DNA of 64,000 bases from an uncultured bacterium (lineage in GTDB: Bacteria; UBP14; UBA6098; B30-G16). This document shows positions 57,383 through 64,000 of the stretch, piece by piece. The DNA lies in NCBI GenBank assembly GCA_965552135.1, contig CBEVQY010000003.1:24632-88631 (forward strand). The letters run 5' to 3'. Within the stretch, counting starts at the first letter, position 1, and each line of letters opens with the position of its first letter. The notes under the pieces are model-generated. The model made no database searches and was not told the origin of the DNA. It saw only the letters and a program-made list of their open reading frames with translations. The translations under genes and the position numbers were made by a program.

Positions 57383-57638
57383 ACCTCACACCTCCTTGGT
57401 TTGGGTTTGGGCTTCTGTTGTTTCCCCCTCCTAAAGCGCTGACTGCCTGCACGCTTCCTCTTCCTCCCACCTCCTTCGTTCCTCTTGCCTGCCAACAAAG
57501 AATTACTATGCCGCGAATTTGTCAAGGGAAAAATAGCCCTCAGCTTTTTCGTGTCAAGAGATTTCGTTTAACGGAGTGTAAAGCGATTTTATTTTGCTTG
57601 CGCGTTTGTGGGAGGTTAGTATTTTGGCGGGGAGGGCA

Positions 57639-59354
57639 ATGGGAGGTTTTCTGCAACTTGTTTTTCACGGTCATCTTCCCTACGTTCTTTCGCACGGGAG
57701 GTGGCCGCACGGCGCCGATTGGGTTTTCGAGGCGGCGGCGGAGACGTACATCCCCCTTTTGCGCATCCTGCGGCGCGCAAGGGAGGAGGGTATACCCATA
57801 AGGTTTACTATGGGTATATCGCCTGTTCTGGCGGAGCAGCTTGCTCACCCGTCGTTCGGCGATGGATTTGACGACTACCTCGATATGAAGGTTTCGGCGG
57901 CGCGCGAAGACCAGCGGTACTTCTCCCAGATCGGCGACGAGGCGAGGCTTGAGCTGGCGAGGATGTGGGAGGATTATTACCGTGGCGTTGCCGACGACTT
58001 CGCCGCACTGGGCGGTGATATAGTCGCTGCGTTTCGCAGGGCGCAGGAGGACGGTCAGCTTGAGCTTATAACCTGCGCCGCAACGCACGGGTATCTTCCA
58101 CTTCTCGGGACGGACAATTCCGTTTACGCGCAGCTTGCCCTCGCAAAGCGCGTCCACAGGCGGCACTTCGGCGTTGATCCCAAGGGGATCTGGCTGCCCG
58201 AAGCCGCCTACCGCCCCAGATACGAGTGGGAGCCGCCCGTCGGCGAAAAGAAGAGGAAGCTCCGAAGGGGGATCGAGGAGTTCCTGTATCACCTCGATAT
58301 CCGCTACTTCTTCGTCGACAGCCACCTTTTGCGCGGCGGCAGGGCGATAGGCGTTTACATCGACAGGTTCGAGGCGCTAAGGAGGCTTTGGGCGCAGTTC
58401 GAGCGCGAGTACAAGCCCCGCAAGGAGCTTCCCAGATCCCCTTACAAGCCTTACCTCTGCAGCTCCGCCGATGGGCTTTTCGCGACGCCGTTTTTCGTCC
58501 GCGACCCGCGCACCGGGCTGCAGGTGTGGAGCGGCGAATGGGGATATCCGGGAAACCCCGCCTACCTCGACTTCCACAAAAAGCACTTCCCCGGAGGACA
58601 CAGATACTGGCGCGTGACCAATCCCAAAGCCGACCTCGCCGACAAGGACATCTATCGCCCCGAGTGGGTTGCCCCCGCGATTGCGGAGCAGGCAGACCAC
58701 TTCGTCGGATTGTGCGCGGAGATCGTGGAAGGTGCAGAGGCTGAAGTCGGCGACGTCCCGCCGGTTATTACGGCGCCCTTCGACGCCGAGCTTTTTGGGC
58801 ACTGGTGGTTCGAGGGTCCGAGGTGGCTCTTTGAGGTCGCAAAGCGCATAGCACAAAACCCAAAGCTTTCGATGACGTCGGGCTGGGAGTATCTGGAGAG
58901 GTATCCGCCCGGGGATGTTGTCCACCTGCCCGAGGGCTCGTGGGGTCAGGGCGGATTCCACTACATCTGGCTCAATGACTGGACGCTCTGGACGTGGGAG
59001 CACATATACGCCGCTGAGGAGCGGATGAGGCGCCTTGCTAACCGCTTTGTTCGCTTTGGTGCTGACGGTCGGCTGCGGCGCGCGCTCGCACAGGCTGCGC
59101 GAGAACTCCTCCTGCTCGAGGCGTCGGACTGGCAGTTTTTGATATCGACTTGGTCCGCGAGGGATTACGCCGAGGGAAGGGTCGCCTTCCACTGGGAGAG
59201 ATTCTGTGATATGGCTGATCTTGCCGAAAAGCTGTTCGAGGGTGTTGATCCGCCCCAGGGAAGGTGGCGTGAGCTCGAAATCCTCGAAAATCAAGACGAC
59301 CTCTTCCCAGACGTTGATCCGTCGCTTTGGGCAGACGAAATGCTTGACTTTTAG
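57639..59354 (+). CDS. GH57-family 1,4-alpha-glucan branching enzyme (Thermococcus TK1436-type)
   Basis: FLQLVFHGHLPYVLSHG is the GH57 N-terminal signature. The conserved DFHKKHFPGGHRYWRV region and a C-terminal helical domain (DUF1957-like) follow. RBS GGGGAGGG precedes ATG 57639; the track ORF starts at 57594. Confidence 0.8.
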   Translation: MGGFLQLVFHGHLPYVLSHGRWPHGADWVFEAAAETYIPLLRILRRAREEGIPIRFTMGISPVLAEQLAHPSFGDGFDDYLDMKVSAAREDQRYFSQIGDEARLELARMWEDYYRGVADDFAALGGDIVAAFRRAQEDGQLELITCAATHGYLPLLGTDNSVYAQLALAKRVHRRHFGVDPKGIWLPEAAYRPRYEWEPPVGEKKRKLRRGIEEFLYHLDIRYFFVDSHLLRGGRAIGVYIDRFEALRRLWAQFEREYKPRKELPRSPYKPYLCSSADGLFATPFFVRDPRTGLQVWSGEWGYPGNPAYLDFHKKHFPGGHRYWRVTNPKADLADKDIYRPEWVAPAIAEQADHFVGLCAEIVEGAEAEVGDVPPVITAPFDAELFGHWWFEGPRWLFEVAKRIAQNPKLSMTSGWEYLERYPPGDVVHLPEGSWGQGGFHYIWLNDWTLWTWEHIYAAEERMRRLANRFVRFGADGRLRRALAQAARELLLLEASDWQFLISTWSARDYAEGRVAFHWERFCDMADLAEKLFEGVDPPQGRWRELEILENQDDLFPDVDPSLWADEMLDF

Positions 59355-59372
59355 AAAACGGAGGTGGTCAAA

Positions 59373-60089
59373 ATGGCGAGGAGGGCATTTTTTGTGGTCT
59401 TGCTTTTTGTGGGGCTTGTTTGGTCGCAGAAGAAGGAGCAGCTTGCCTTCGTGTCGCTCATAAACGGCAACGAGGACATATTCCTCGTCTACGAGGACGG
59501 CACCGGTCTTGTTCAGCTGACCAAAAGCCCAGCCAACGACTGGTCGCCTCGCTGGAGCCCCGACGGCAAGAAGATCGTCTTCATCTCCGACAGGGACGGC
59601 AACTCCGAGATATACATAATGAACGCCGACGGCACAGGTCTTTTGAACCTGAGCAAAAGCCCAGCCAACGACTGGGACCCGCGGTGGACGAAGGACGGAA
59701 GAGTGGTTTTCCTCTCCGACAGAAGGCGCTACTGGGAGCTTTACATAGTCAATCCTGACGGCACGGGTCTTCAGGCGCTTTTGGCAAACTGGGTTCCCGA
59801 GGAGCATATGTGCTGGTCTCCCGACGGGGAGAAGATAGCCGAGGAGTCGGACGCAACGGGGAACTGGGAGATTTACATAGGCGATGCCCAGAGGAAGAAG
59901 ATGATAAACATAACCAACAACCCCGCCGACGACCTCGATCCCTGCTGGAACAAGGACGGGACCAAGATAGCCTTCGTCTCCGACAGGGACGGCGATATGG
60001 AGATTTACTGGATTCGCCCGGACGGCACCGGTCTGACGAAGGTCACCGACAACGACGTCGACGACCACACCCCCCAGTGGCGACCGTGA
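59373..60089 (+). CDS. TolB-like PD40 beta-propeller repeat protein (secreted)
   Basis: Signal peptide, then five PD40 repeats (SPANDWSPRWSPDGKKIVFISDRDGNSEIYIMNADGTG...). RBS GGAGGTG is 6 nt before ATG 59373. The track ORF starts at 59364 with a GTG inside the RBS. Confidence 0.7.
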   Translation: MARRAFFVVLLFVGLVWSQKKEQLAFVSLINGNEDIFLVYEDGTGLVQLTKSPANDWSPRWSPDGKKIVFISDRDGNSEIYIMNADGTGLLNLSKSPANDWDPRWTKDGRVVFLSDRRRYWELYIVNPDGTGLQALLANWVPEEHMCWSPDGEKIAEESDATGNWEIYIGDAQRKKMINITNNPADDLDPCWNKDGTKIAFVSDRDGDMEIYWIRPDGTGLTKVTDNDVDDHTPQWRP

Positions 60090-60093
60090 TCAT

Positions 60094-60813
60094 ATGGTGA
60101 TAAGCCTTCCTCAAATTGCGGGGGCGGTTTACTCGTACACCGTTTTGCCTTCGACGCAGGATGAGGCGAAGCGGCTTCTTTCAGGCGGCTGCCGACCGCC
60201 GTTTGTAGTGATTGCCGAAAGGCAGACCGCGGGCAGAGGAAGGCTCAACCGCAGCTGGGCGTCGCCCGAGGGTGGGATATACCTGAGCTGGGTCGATTCT
60301 CCCCCCGTTTCGCCCGCCGCGGCGCTTGTCGTCGGCGTTGCGCTGGCGAAAGCTATCCGCGCCAAAACCAAAGGGGACGTCGTGCTCAAGTGGCCCAACG
60401 ATGTGCTCCTTGGTGGCGGCAAGGTCGCTGGGATACTTTTGGAGACCTTCGGCAACGCCGTCGTCGTCGGCGTGGGCGTGAACACCTTTCCTCAGGGCGC
60501 CTTCGGCGACGATGAACCACCAAACGCTGCGTGCCTCCCGCTCCCCGGGCGCGAAAAGGCGGAGCTTTTGCGCACCTTCTTCGAGGAACTCTCTCGGCTT
60601 TGGCGGCGGTTCCGCGACGACGGGTTTGCGCCCATCCGCGAGGAGTACATGGCGCTTTCGTTCCCGCTGGGAACGCCCATCCGGGTCGTTTCGGGCGACC
60701 TGAGCCTGCCCGGCAGGTTCGCCGGCGTCGATGACGAGGGAAGGCTGCTCCTTGCCTGCAGCGACGGTGAAAAGCGGTTCGCGGCGGGCGAGGTTTCGCT
60801 GAGAACGCAATGA
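60094..60813 (+). CDS. birA: Biotin--[acetyl-CoA-carboxylase] ligase (catalytic domain only, no N-terminal HTH)
   Basis: QTAGRGRLNRSWASPEGG (GRGRxxRxW biotin-binding loop) and KWPNDVLLGGGKVAGIL match the BPL/LPL catalytic domain. About 239 aa, without the repressor domain. Confidence 0.8.
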   Translation: MVISLPQIAGAVYSYTVLPSTQDEAKRLLSGGCRPPFVVIAERQTAGRGRLNRSWASPEGGIYLSWVDSPPVSPAAALVVGVALAKAIRAKTKGDVVLKWPNDVLLGGGKVAGILLETFGNAVVVGVGVNTFPQGAFGDDEPPNAACLPLPGREKAELLRTFFEELSRLWRRFRDDGFAPIREEYMALSFPLGTPIRVVSGDLSLPGRFAGVDDEGRLLLACSDGEKRFAAGEVSLRTQ

Positions 60814-61544
60814 AGAAAGCGGACGTCAAAAACGCCCTGGTTTACCTGGCTTTCGCCCTCGCTGGGCTTGTCGTTGGGCTCTGGGCGTTCGACAGGGTCC
60901 TTATGCCCGTTGTGATAGGCAGCGGAAAAGCCTATCCCATACCGAACCTCGTTGGGCTTCCCGCCGAGGAGGCGCAGAGACGCGCCGAGGAGAAGGGCTT
61001 TAGGTTTAAGGTCGTCAAGGAGGAGTATTCGCTCGTCGTTCCTGCGGGTATGGTGATGAGCCAGATCCCCAAGGCGCAGAGCTTTGCCAAAAAAGGTCGG
61101 ACGATACGTGTCGTTGTGAGCAAGGGCGGTATGGTGGTCGAGGTTCCCGACGTCGTTGGTTTTTTGCGCAGGCAGGCGCAGATAAAGCTTGAGGGGGCAG
61201 GTCTTAAGGTTGGCGAGGTTGTGGAGGTTTACTGCGATTCCGTTGGAGTGGGTCGCGTTGCGGCAACCGATCCCGCCGCGGGCGAGACGGTCGCCGTGGG
61301 GACGAGCGTGAAGCTCACGATAAGCAAGGGTCCCGAAAGCGGGATCGTCGAGGTGCCGAACCTCGTCGGCATGAAGTCCGACGACGCCTGCGCCACCCTC
61401 GCCCAGCTCGGACTTAAGTGCGTGAAGGTCCTGCGGAGGATCCCCACCATAGCCGACGGCGAGGTCTTCAAGCAGAATCCGCCGCCGGGAACGAGGCTTT
61501 ACAGGGGCAACAGCGTGAAGATAATGGTCAACAAGCTGGAGTGA
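60810..61544 (+). CDS. PASTA domain-containing membrane protein (three PASTA repeats)
   Basis: N-terminal TM (ALVYLAFALAGLVVGLWAF) followed by three ~65-aa PASTA units (PNLVGLPAEEAQRRAEEKGF..., PDVVGFLRRQAQIKLEGAGL..., PNLVGMKSDDACATLAQLGL...). A 4-nt overlap with birA. Confidence 0.8.
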   Translation: MKKADVKNALVYLAFALAGLVVGLWAFDRVLMPVVIGSGKAYPIPNLVGLPAEEAQRRAEEKGFRFKVVKEEYSLVVPAGMVMSQIPKAQSFAKKGRTIRVVVSKGGMVVEVPDVVGFLRRQAQIKLEGAGLKVGEVVEVYCDSVGVGRVAATDPAAGETVAVGTSVKLTISKGPESGIVEVPNLVGMKSDDACATLAQLGLKCVKVLRRIPTIADGEVFKQNPPPGTRLYRGNSVKIMVNKLE

Positions 61545-61549
61545 GCGCG

Positions 61550-62359
61550 ATGTTGAGCTTGAATGAGGTTGTCTCCGCCGTTTGCGCCGACCGCACAAGC
61601 GGGTCGACCGAGCTTGCCCAGCGGCTCCTTGCGCGCATAGCTCAGGGCGGCTTCAGCGCGGACGAGCTTGAGGAGGCAAGGCGGAAGGTCCTCGCCGCCC
61701 ATCCCGATATGGCTGTGCTCAGACGCCTTTTCTCCGTTCTCGAGCGGACCCCGTTCGAGGGGGTTCCCACGGCGGCGGGGGAGTTCCTCTCGTCTCTGCG
61801 CGCTGCGCCCGAACGGATCGCAAGACACCTCGCCGAAGCCCTGCCCTCCGGCGCAAGGCTTATGCTCTACAGCCGCAGCGGCACCGTTGAGCGATGCGTC
61901 TTGGCGGCGCACAGGTGGGGCAAGGTTGGTTCGGTGGTTCTGTCGGAGGCGCGCCCCGACCTCGAGGGCAAAGCCCTCGCCGAAGACCTCGCCGCACACG
62001 GCATACCCACAACCCTCACCGTCGACTGCGCGCTGGGGTGCTTCGTCGACGGCGTTGACGTCGTCCTCGTCGGCGCCGACGCCGTAACGCCGGAGTACAT
62101 CGTCAACAAGGTCGGCACCCTGCAGCTGGCGCTTTTGGCGAACTACGCGGGAAAGCGCATCCTCTGCCTCGCCTCCGTCCTGAAGTTCGTCGAAAGCCTT
62201 GCGGTCAAAAAGTCGGCTTCGCCGCCCTGGCGCAAGCTGCCGGAGGGTGTGAAGCCCGATGTGCCCCTGTTCGAGAGGGTGCCGCTCGCGCTGCTTTCCG
62301 CCGTCGTGTGCGAAAGGGGATTTGTGGGCGACGTGGAGATAAAAAGAATTCTGGAGTGA
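61550..62359 (+). CDS. eIF-2B alpha/beta/delta-related (IF-2B family) protein; possible ribose-1,5-bisphosphate / MTR-1-P isomerase-like
   Basis: 269 aa. GSTELAQRLL...RLMLYSRSGTVERCVLAAHRWGK...VLVGADAVTPEYIVNKVGTLQLALLA matches the IF-2B Rossmann-like fold. ATG 61550 is in frame with the longer track ORF (61418). Confidence 0.7.
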   Translation: MLSLNEVVSAVCADRTSGSTELAQRLLARIAQGGFSADELEEARRKVLAAHPDMAVLRRLFSVLERTPFEGVPTAAGEFLSSLRAAPERIARHLAEALPSGARLMLYSRSGTVERCVLAAHRWGKVGSVVLSEARPDLEGKALAEDLAAHGIPTTLTVDCALGCFVDGVDVVLVGADAVTPEYIVNKVGTLQLALLANYAGKRILCLASVLKFVESLAVKKSASPPWRKLPEGVKPDVPLFERVPLALLSAVVCERGFVGDVEIKRILE

Positions 62360-62371
62360 TGACCTCAGGGG

Positions 62372-62399
62372 TTGACATGCCGTCCTGCGGCTCTATTTT
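62372..62399 (+). promoter_or_regulatory. Putative sigma70-like promoter upstream of panD (TTGACA-16-TATTTT)
   Basis: TTGACA at 62372-62377 and TATTTT at 62394-62399. RBS TAAGGAGG at 62415-62422. ATG at 62427. Confidence 0.3.
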
Positions 62400-62426
62400 T
62401 ATCTTGCAGCCACGTAAGGAGGCGGG

Positions 62427-62783
62427 ATGCTGAGGGTGTATTGCAAATCGAAGTTGCACAAGGTGAGGGTGACGGGTTTGGAGCTTGACTACGACGGCTC
62501 GCTGGAGCTTGATCCCGAGCTAATGGAGGCGGCGGATATAGCGGCGTGGGAGCAGGTGCAGGTCGTCAACCTCGAGAACGGCAACAGGTTCTGGACGTAC
62601 GTCATTCCCGGCGTTCGCGGCAGCGGCACCGTGGCGCTTAAGGGCGCTGCGGCGAGGAAGGCGATGGTGGGCGACAGGGTCATCGTCATCTCGTACGTCT
62701 ACGCAACTCCGCAGGAGTGGGGCGAAAGGAAGCCCCTAACTGTCCTCGTCGACGAGAACAACAGGGTCGTTTCGGTCAAGTGA
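62427..62783 (+). CDS. panD: Aspartate 1-decarboxylase
   Basis: MLRVYCKSKLHKVRVTGLELDYDGSLELD... carries the Gly24-Ser25 self-cleavage site (DYDGSLE) typical of pyruvoyl-dependent PanD. 118 aa. Confidence 0.9.
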   Translation: MLRVYCKSKLHKVRVTGLELDYDGSLELDPELMEAADIAAWEQVQVVNLENGNRFWTYVIPGVRGSGTVALKGAAARKAMVGDRVIVISYVYATPQEWGERKPLTVLVDENNRVVSVK

Positions 62784-62808
62784 CCTACCGCTGCGCTGGG
62801 GGCGAAGC

Positions 62809-63564
62809 ATGTCGGAGAGCTTTTACGCCGTCGTTCTTGCGGCGGGCAAGGGGAAGAGGATGAAGTCCACCCTGCCCAAGGTCCTCCACAAGTTGCGCGG
62901 AAAGCCCTTAATCGACTACGTCCTCGGGACGGTCCTTTCGCTTTCGCCCGCTGGGGTCGTCGTTGTCGTCGGCTTCGGCAGGGAGCTTGTGATGGAACAC
63001 ATCAGGCGCGCGTGGGCCGGAACCCCCCTTGAGTTTGTGGTTCAAAAGGAGCTTTTGGGCACCGCCGATGCCGTAAGGCGCGCCCTTGATGTTTTGCCGC
63101 AGACGGGGGACGTCGTCGTCCTCTGCGGCGATGTGCCGCTTATATCGCCCCAGACGATACGAAAGATGCTTTCGACCCACGCATCAACGGGCGCTGCGGC
63201 AACGATACTTACCGCGCTGCTCGACGACCCCAAGGAATACGGCAGGATAATCCGCGCCCAGGACGGCTCAGTGGAGGCGATCGTCGAGCATAAGGACGCC
63301 ACGCCCCAGCAGCGCCTGATAAAGGAGATCAACGCGGGCACATACGTCTTCCGCCTCGACGCCCTGCGCGACGCGATAAAGGACGTCCGCAACGAAAACG
63401 CACAGGGCGAGTTCTACCTCACCGACGTCGTGCACATCCTCCGGGGGAAGGGGCTTAGGGTTTCGGCAGTCGTTGCCGAAGACAGATGGGAGGTCGAGGG
63501 GGTGAACTCGCCTGCCCAGCTTGCCGCACTGGAGGAACACCTTTCTTCATTATCGGGACGGTGA
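62809..63564 (+). CDS. Sugar-phosphate nucleotidyltransferase (GlmU N-terminal domain-like; lacks the acetyltransferase LbH domain)
   Basis: AVVLAAGKGKRMKSTLPKVLH (G-x-G-x-R-M NTP-transferase loop), ...VLCGDVPLI..., about 250 aa. Confidence 0.75.
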   Translation: MSESFYAVVLAAGKGKRMKSTLPKVLHKLRGKPLIDYVLGTVLSLSPAGVVVVVGFGRELVMEHIRRAWAGTPLEFVVQKELLGTADAVRRALDVLPQTGDVVVLCGDVPLISPQTIRKMLSTHASTGAAATILTALLDDPKEYGRIIRAQDGSVEAIVEHKDATPQQRLIKEINAGTYVFRLDALRDAIKDVRNENAQGEFYLTDVVHILRGKGLRVSAVVAEDRWEVEGVNSPAQLAALEEHLSSLSGR

Positions 63565-63636
63565 GCTTGCCCTCCCGCCCGAACGGAGCGAGGGACCGAA
63601 TCTGCTGGCAGCACGCAGCGATGGTCCGCAAATCGG

Positions 63637-63665
63637 TTGATTTTTGCCGCATTTTTCGGTATTAT
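63637..63665 (+). promoter_or_regulatory. Putative strong sigma70-type promoter (TTGATT-17-TATTAT)
   Basis: TTGATT at 63637-63642, a 17-bp spacer, and TATTAT at 63660-63665. RBS GGAGGGG lies before ATG 63688. Confidence 0.45.
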
Positions 63666-63687
63666 GATAAACAGCGCGGAGGGGTGT

Positions 63688-64000
63688 ATGAGGCAAGTAT
63701 TCGGTAAGCTTTGGGTAGATGTTTTGCTTTTGGGGCTTGTTTTTTTGGGCGTTACGGTTCACTTCTATCCCCCTCGGAGAGGTGTAGTGCATTTGGCGTC
63801 GCCCGCTCTGAAGGCGAGTTTGAAGAAGCCCGCCCGCTCGCGCTACGTCACCGAGCGGTTTTTGGAGGCTTTTGGTCGCAGGTTTAGACTTCCACAGGAC
63901 GCCAGCAGGCTTTCGCGCGCGGCGCTTGCCGCAAACTCCTACATCGATATACTCCACGCTCAGTCGGCTATGGTGAACCTCGAAAGTGCTTTTTGGCGGA
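63688..64000 (+). CDS. Hypothetical membrane protein (5' partial; continues beyond the window)
   Basis: ATG 63688 preceded by an RBS. MRQVFGKLWVDVLLLGLVFLGVTVHFY is a TM or signal-anchor. The ORF is still open at the window end. Confidence 0.35.
   Translation, partial: MRQVFGKLWVDVLLLGLVFLGVTVHFYPPRRGVVHLASPALKASLKKPARSRYVTERFLEAFGRRFRLPQDASRLSRAALAANSYIDILHAQSAMVNLESAFWR

Noticed and set aside
60061-60130. Apparent 1-nt disagreement between my hand-indexed sequence and the ORF-track frames (TolB-like stop and birA start).
   Set aside because: Positions checked before (18496, 26829) and after (61544) are consistent with the track, so the discrepancy is an indexing slip on my side. The track coordinates were used.

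Overview
This is a high-GC (about 60-65%) bacterial chromosomal segment. Many long antisense ORFs in the six-frame track are GC artefacts and were not called. I call about 55 CDS, one tRNA-Ala(GGC), several tandem repeats, and a few putative promoters and terminators.

Seven proteins end in a type-A T9SS C-terminal sorting domain (...PNPFN...LVR/LIR/LLR). They sit at 2734-7281, 15736-16968, 18823-20619, 20714-21424 and 26829-29861. Together with FG-GAP repeat proteins, an archaeal-type apgM and a GH57 branching enzyme, this points to a T9SS-bearing, FCB-superphylum-like lineage. That lineage assignment is inference.

The housekeeping backbone includes tpiA, a ROK kinase, waaA, tldD/pmbA, fabF-acpP, a long rpiB, nadE, a PpiD-like chaperone, rfbB, HU, PNP, psd, thrS, a short metH, birA, panD and a GlmU-N-like transferase.

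The accessory and unusual content is as follows:
- **Tandem repeats upstream of a surface protein.** An array of 30-31 bp direct repeats lies directly upstream of a 1515-aa T9SS surface protein.
- **Low-GC islet.** A 3.2-kb islet of about 40-48% GC sits beside tRNA-Ala and carries two T9SS cargo genes.
- **10-gene co-directional cluster (21766-34663, minus strand).** It links apgM, two paralogous Cys-rich zinc-ribbon proteins bracketing a CPA antiporter and a TPR/beta-barrel outer-membrane protein, a 1010-aa T9SS cargo, a PQQ-like lipoprotein, a GT4 glycosyltransferase and TldD/PmbA. Four junctions are 4-nt overlaps.
- **Tandem secreted paralogs.** Two paralogous secreted proteins of an unrecognised family lie upstream of metH.
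- **OmpA-like triple repeat.** One secreted protein carries three OmpA-like modules.
- **Polyferredoxin cluster.** A NapH-like polyferredoxin is preceded by a small TM+CxxC peptide and followed by a beta-barrel protein.

No CRISPR, restriction-modification, toxin-antitoxin, integrase or transposase genes were seen. Coordinates follow the ORF track. My manual indexing near 60061-60130 disagreed by 1 nt with the track, so the track was used there.
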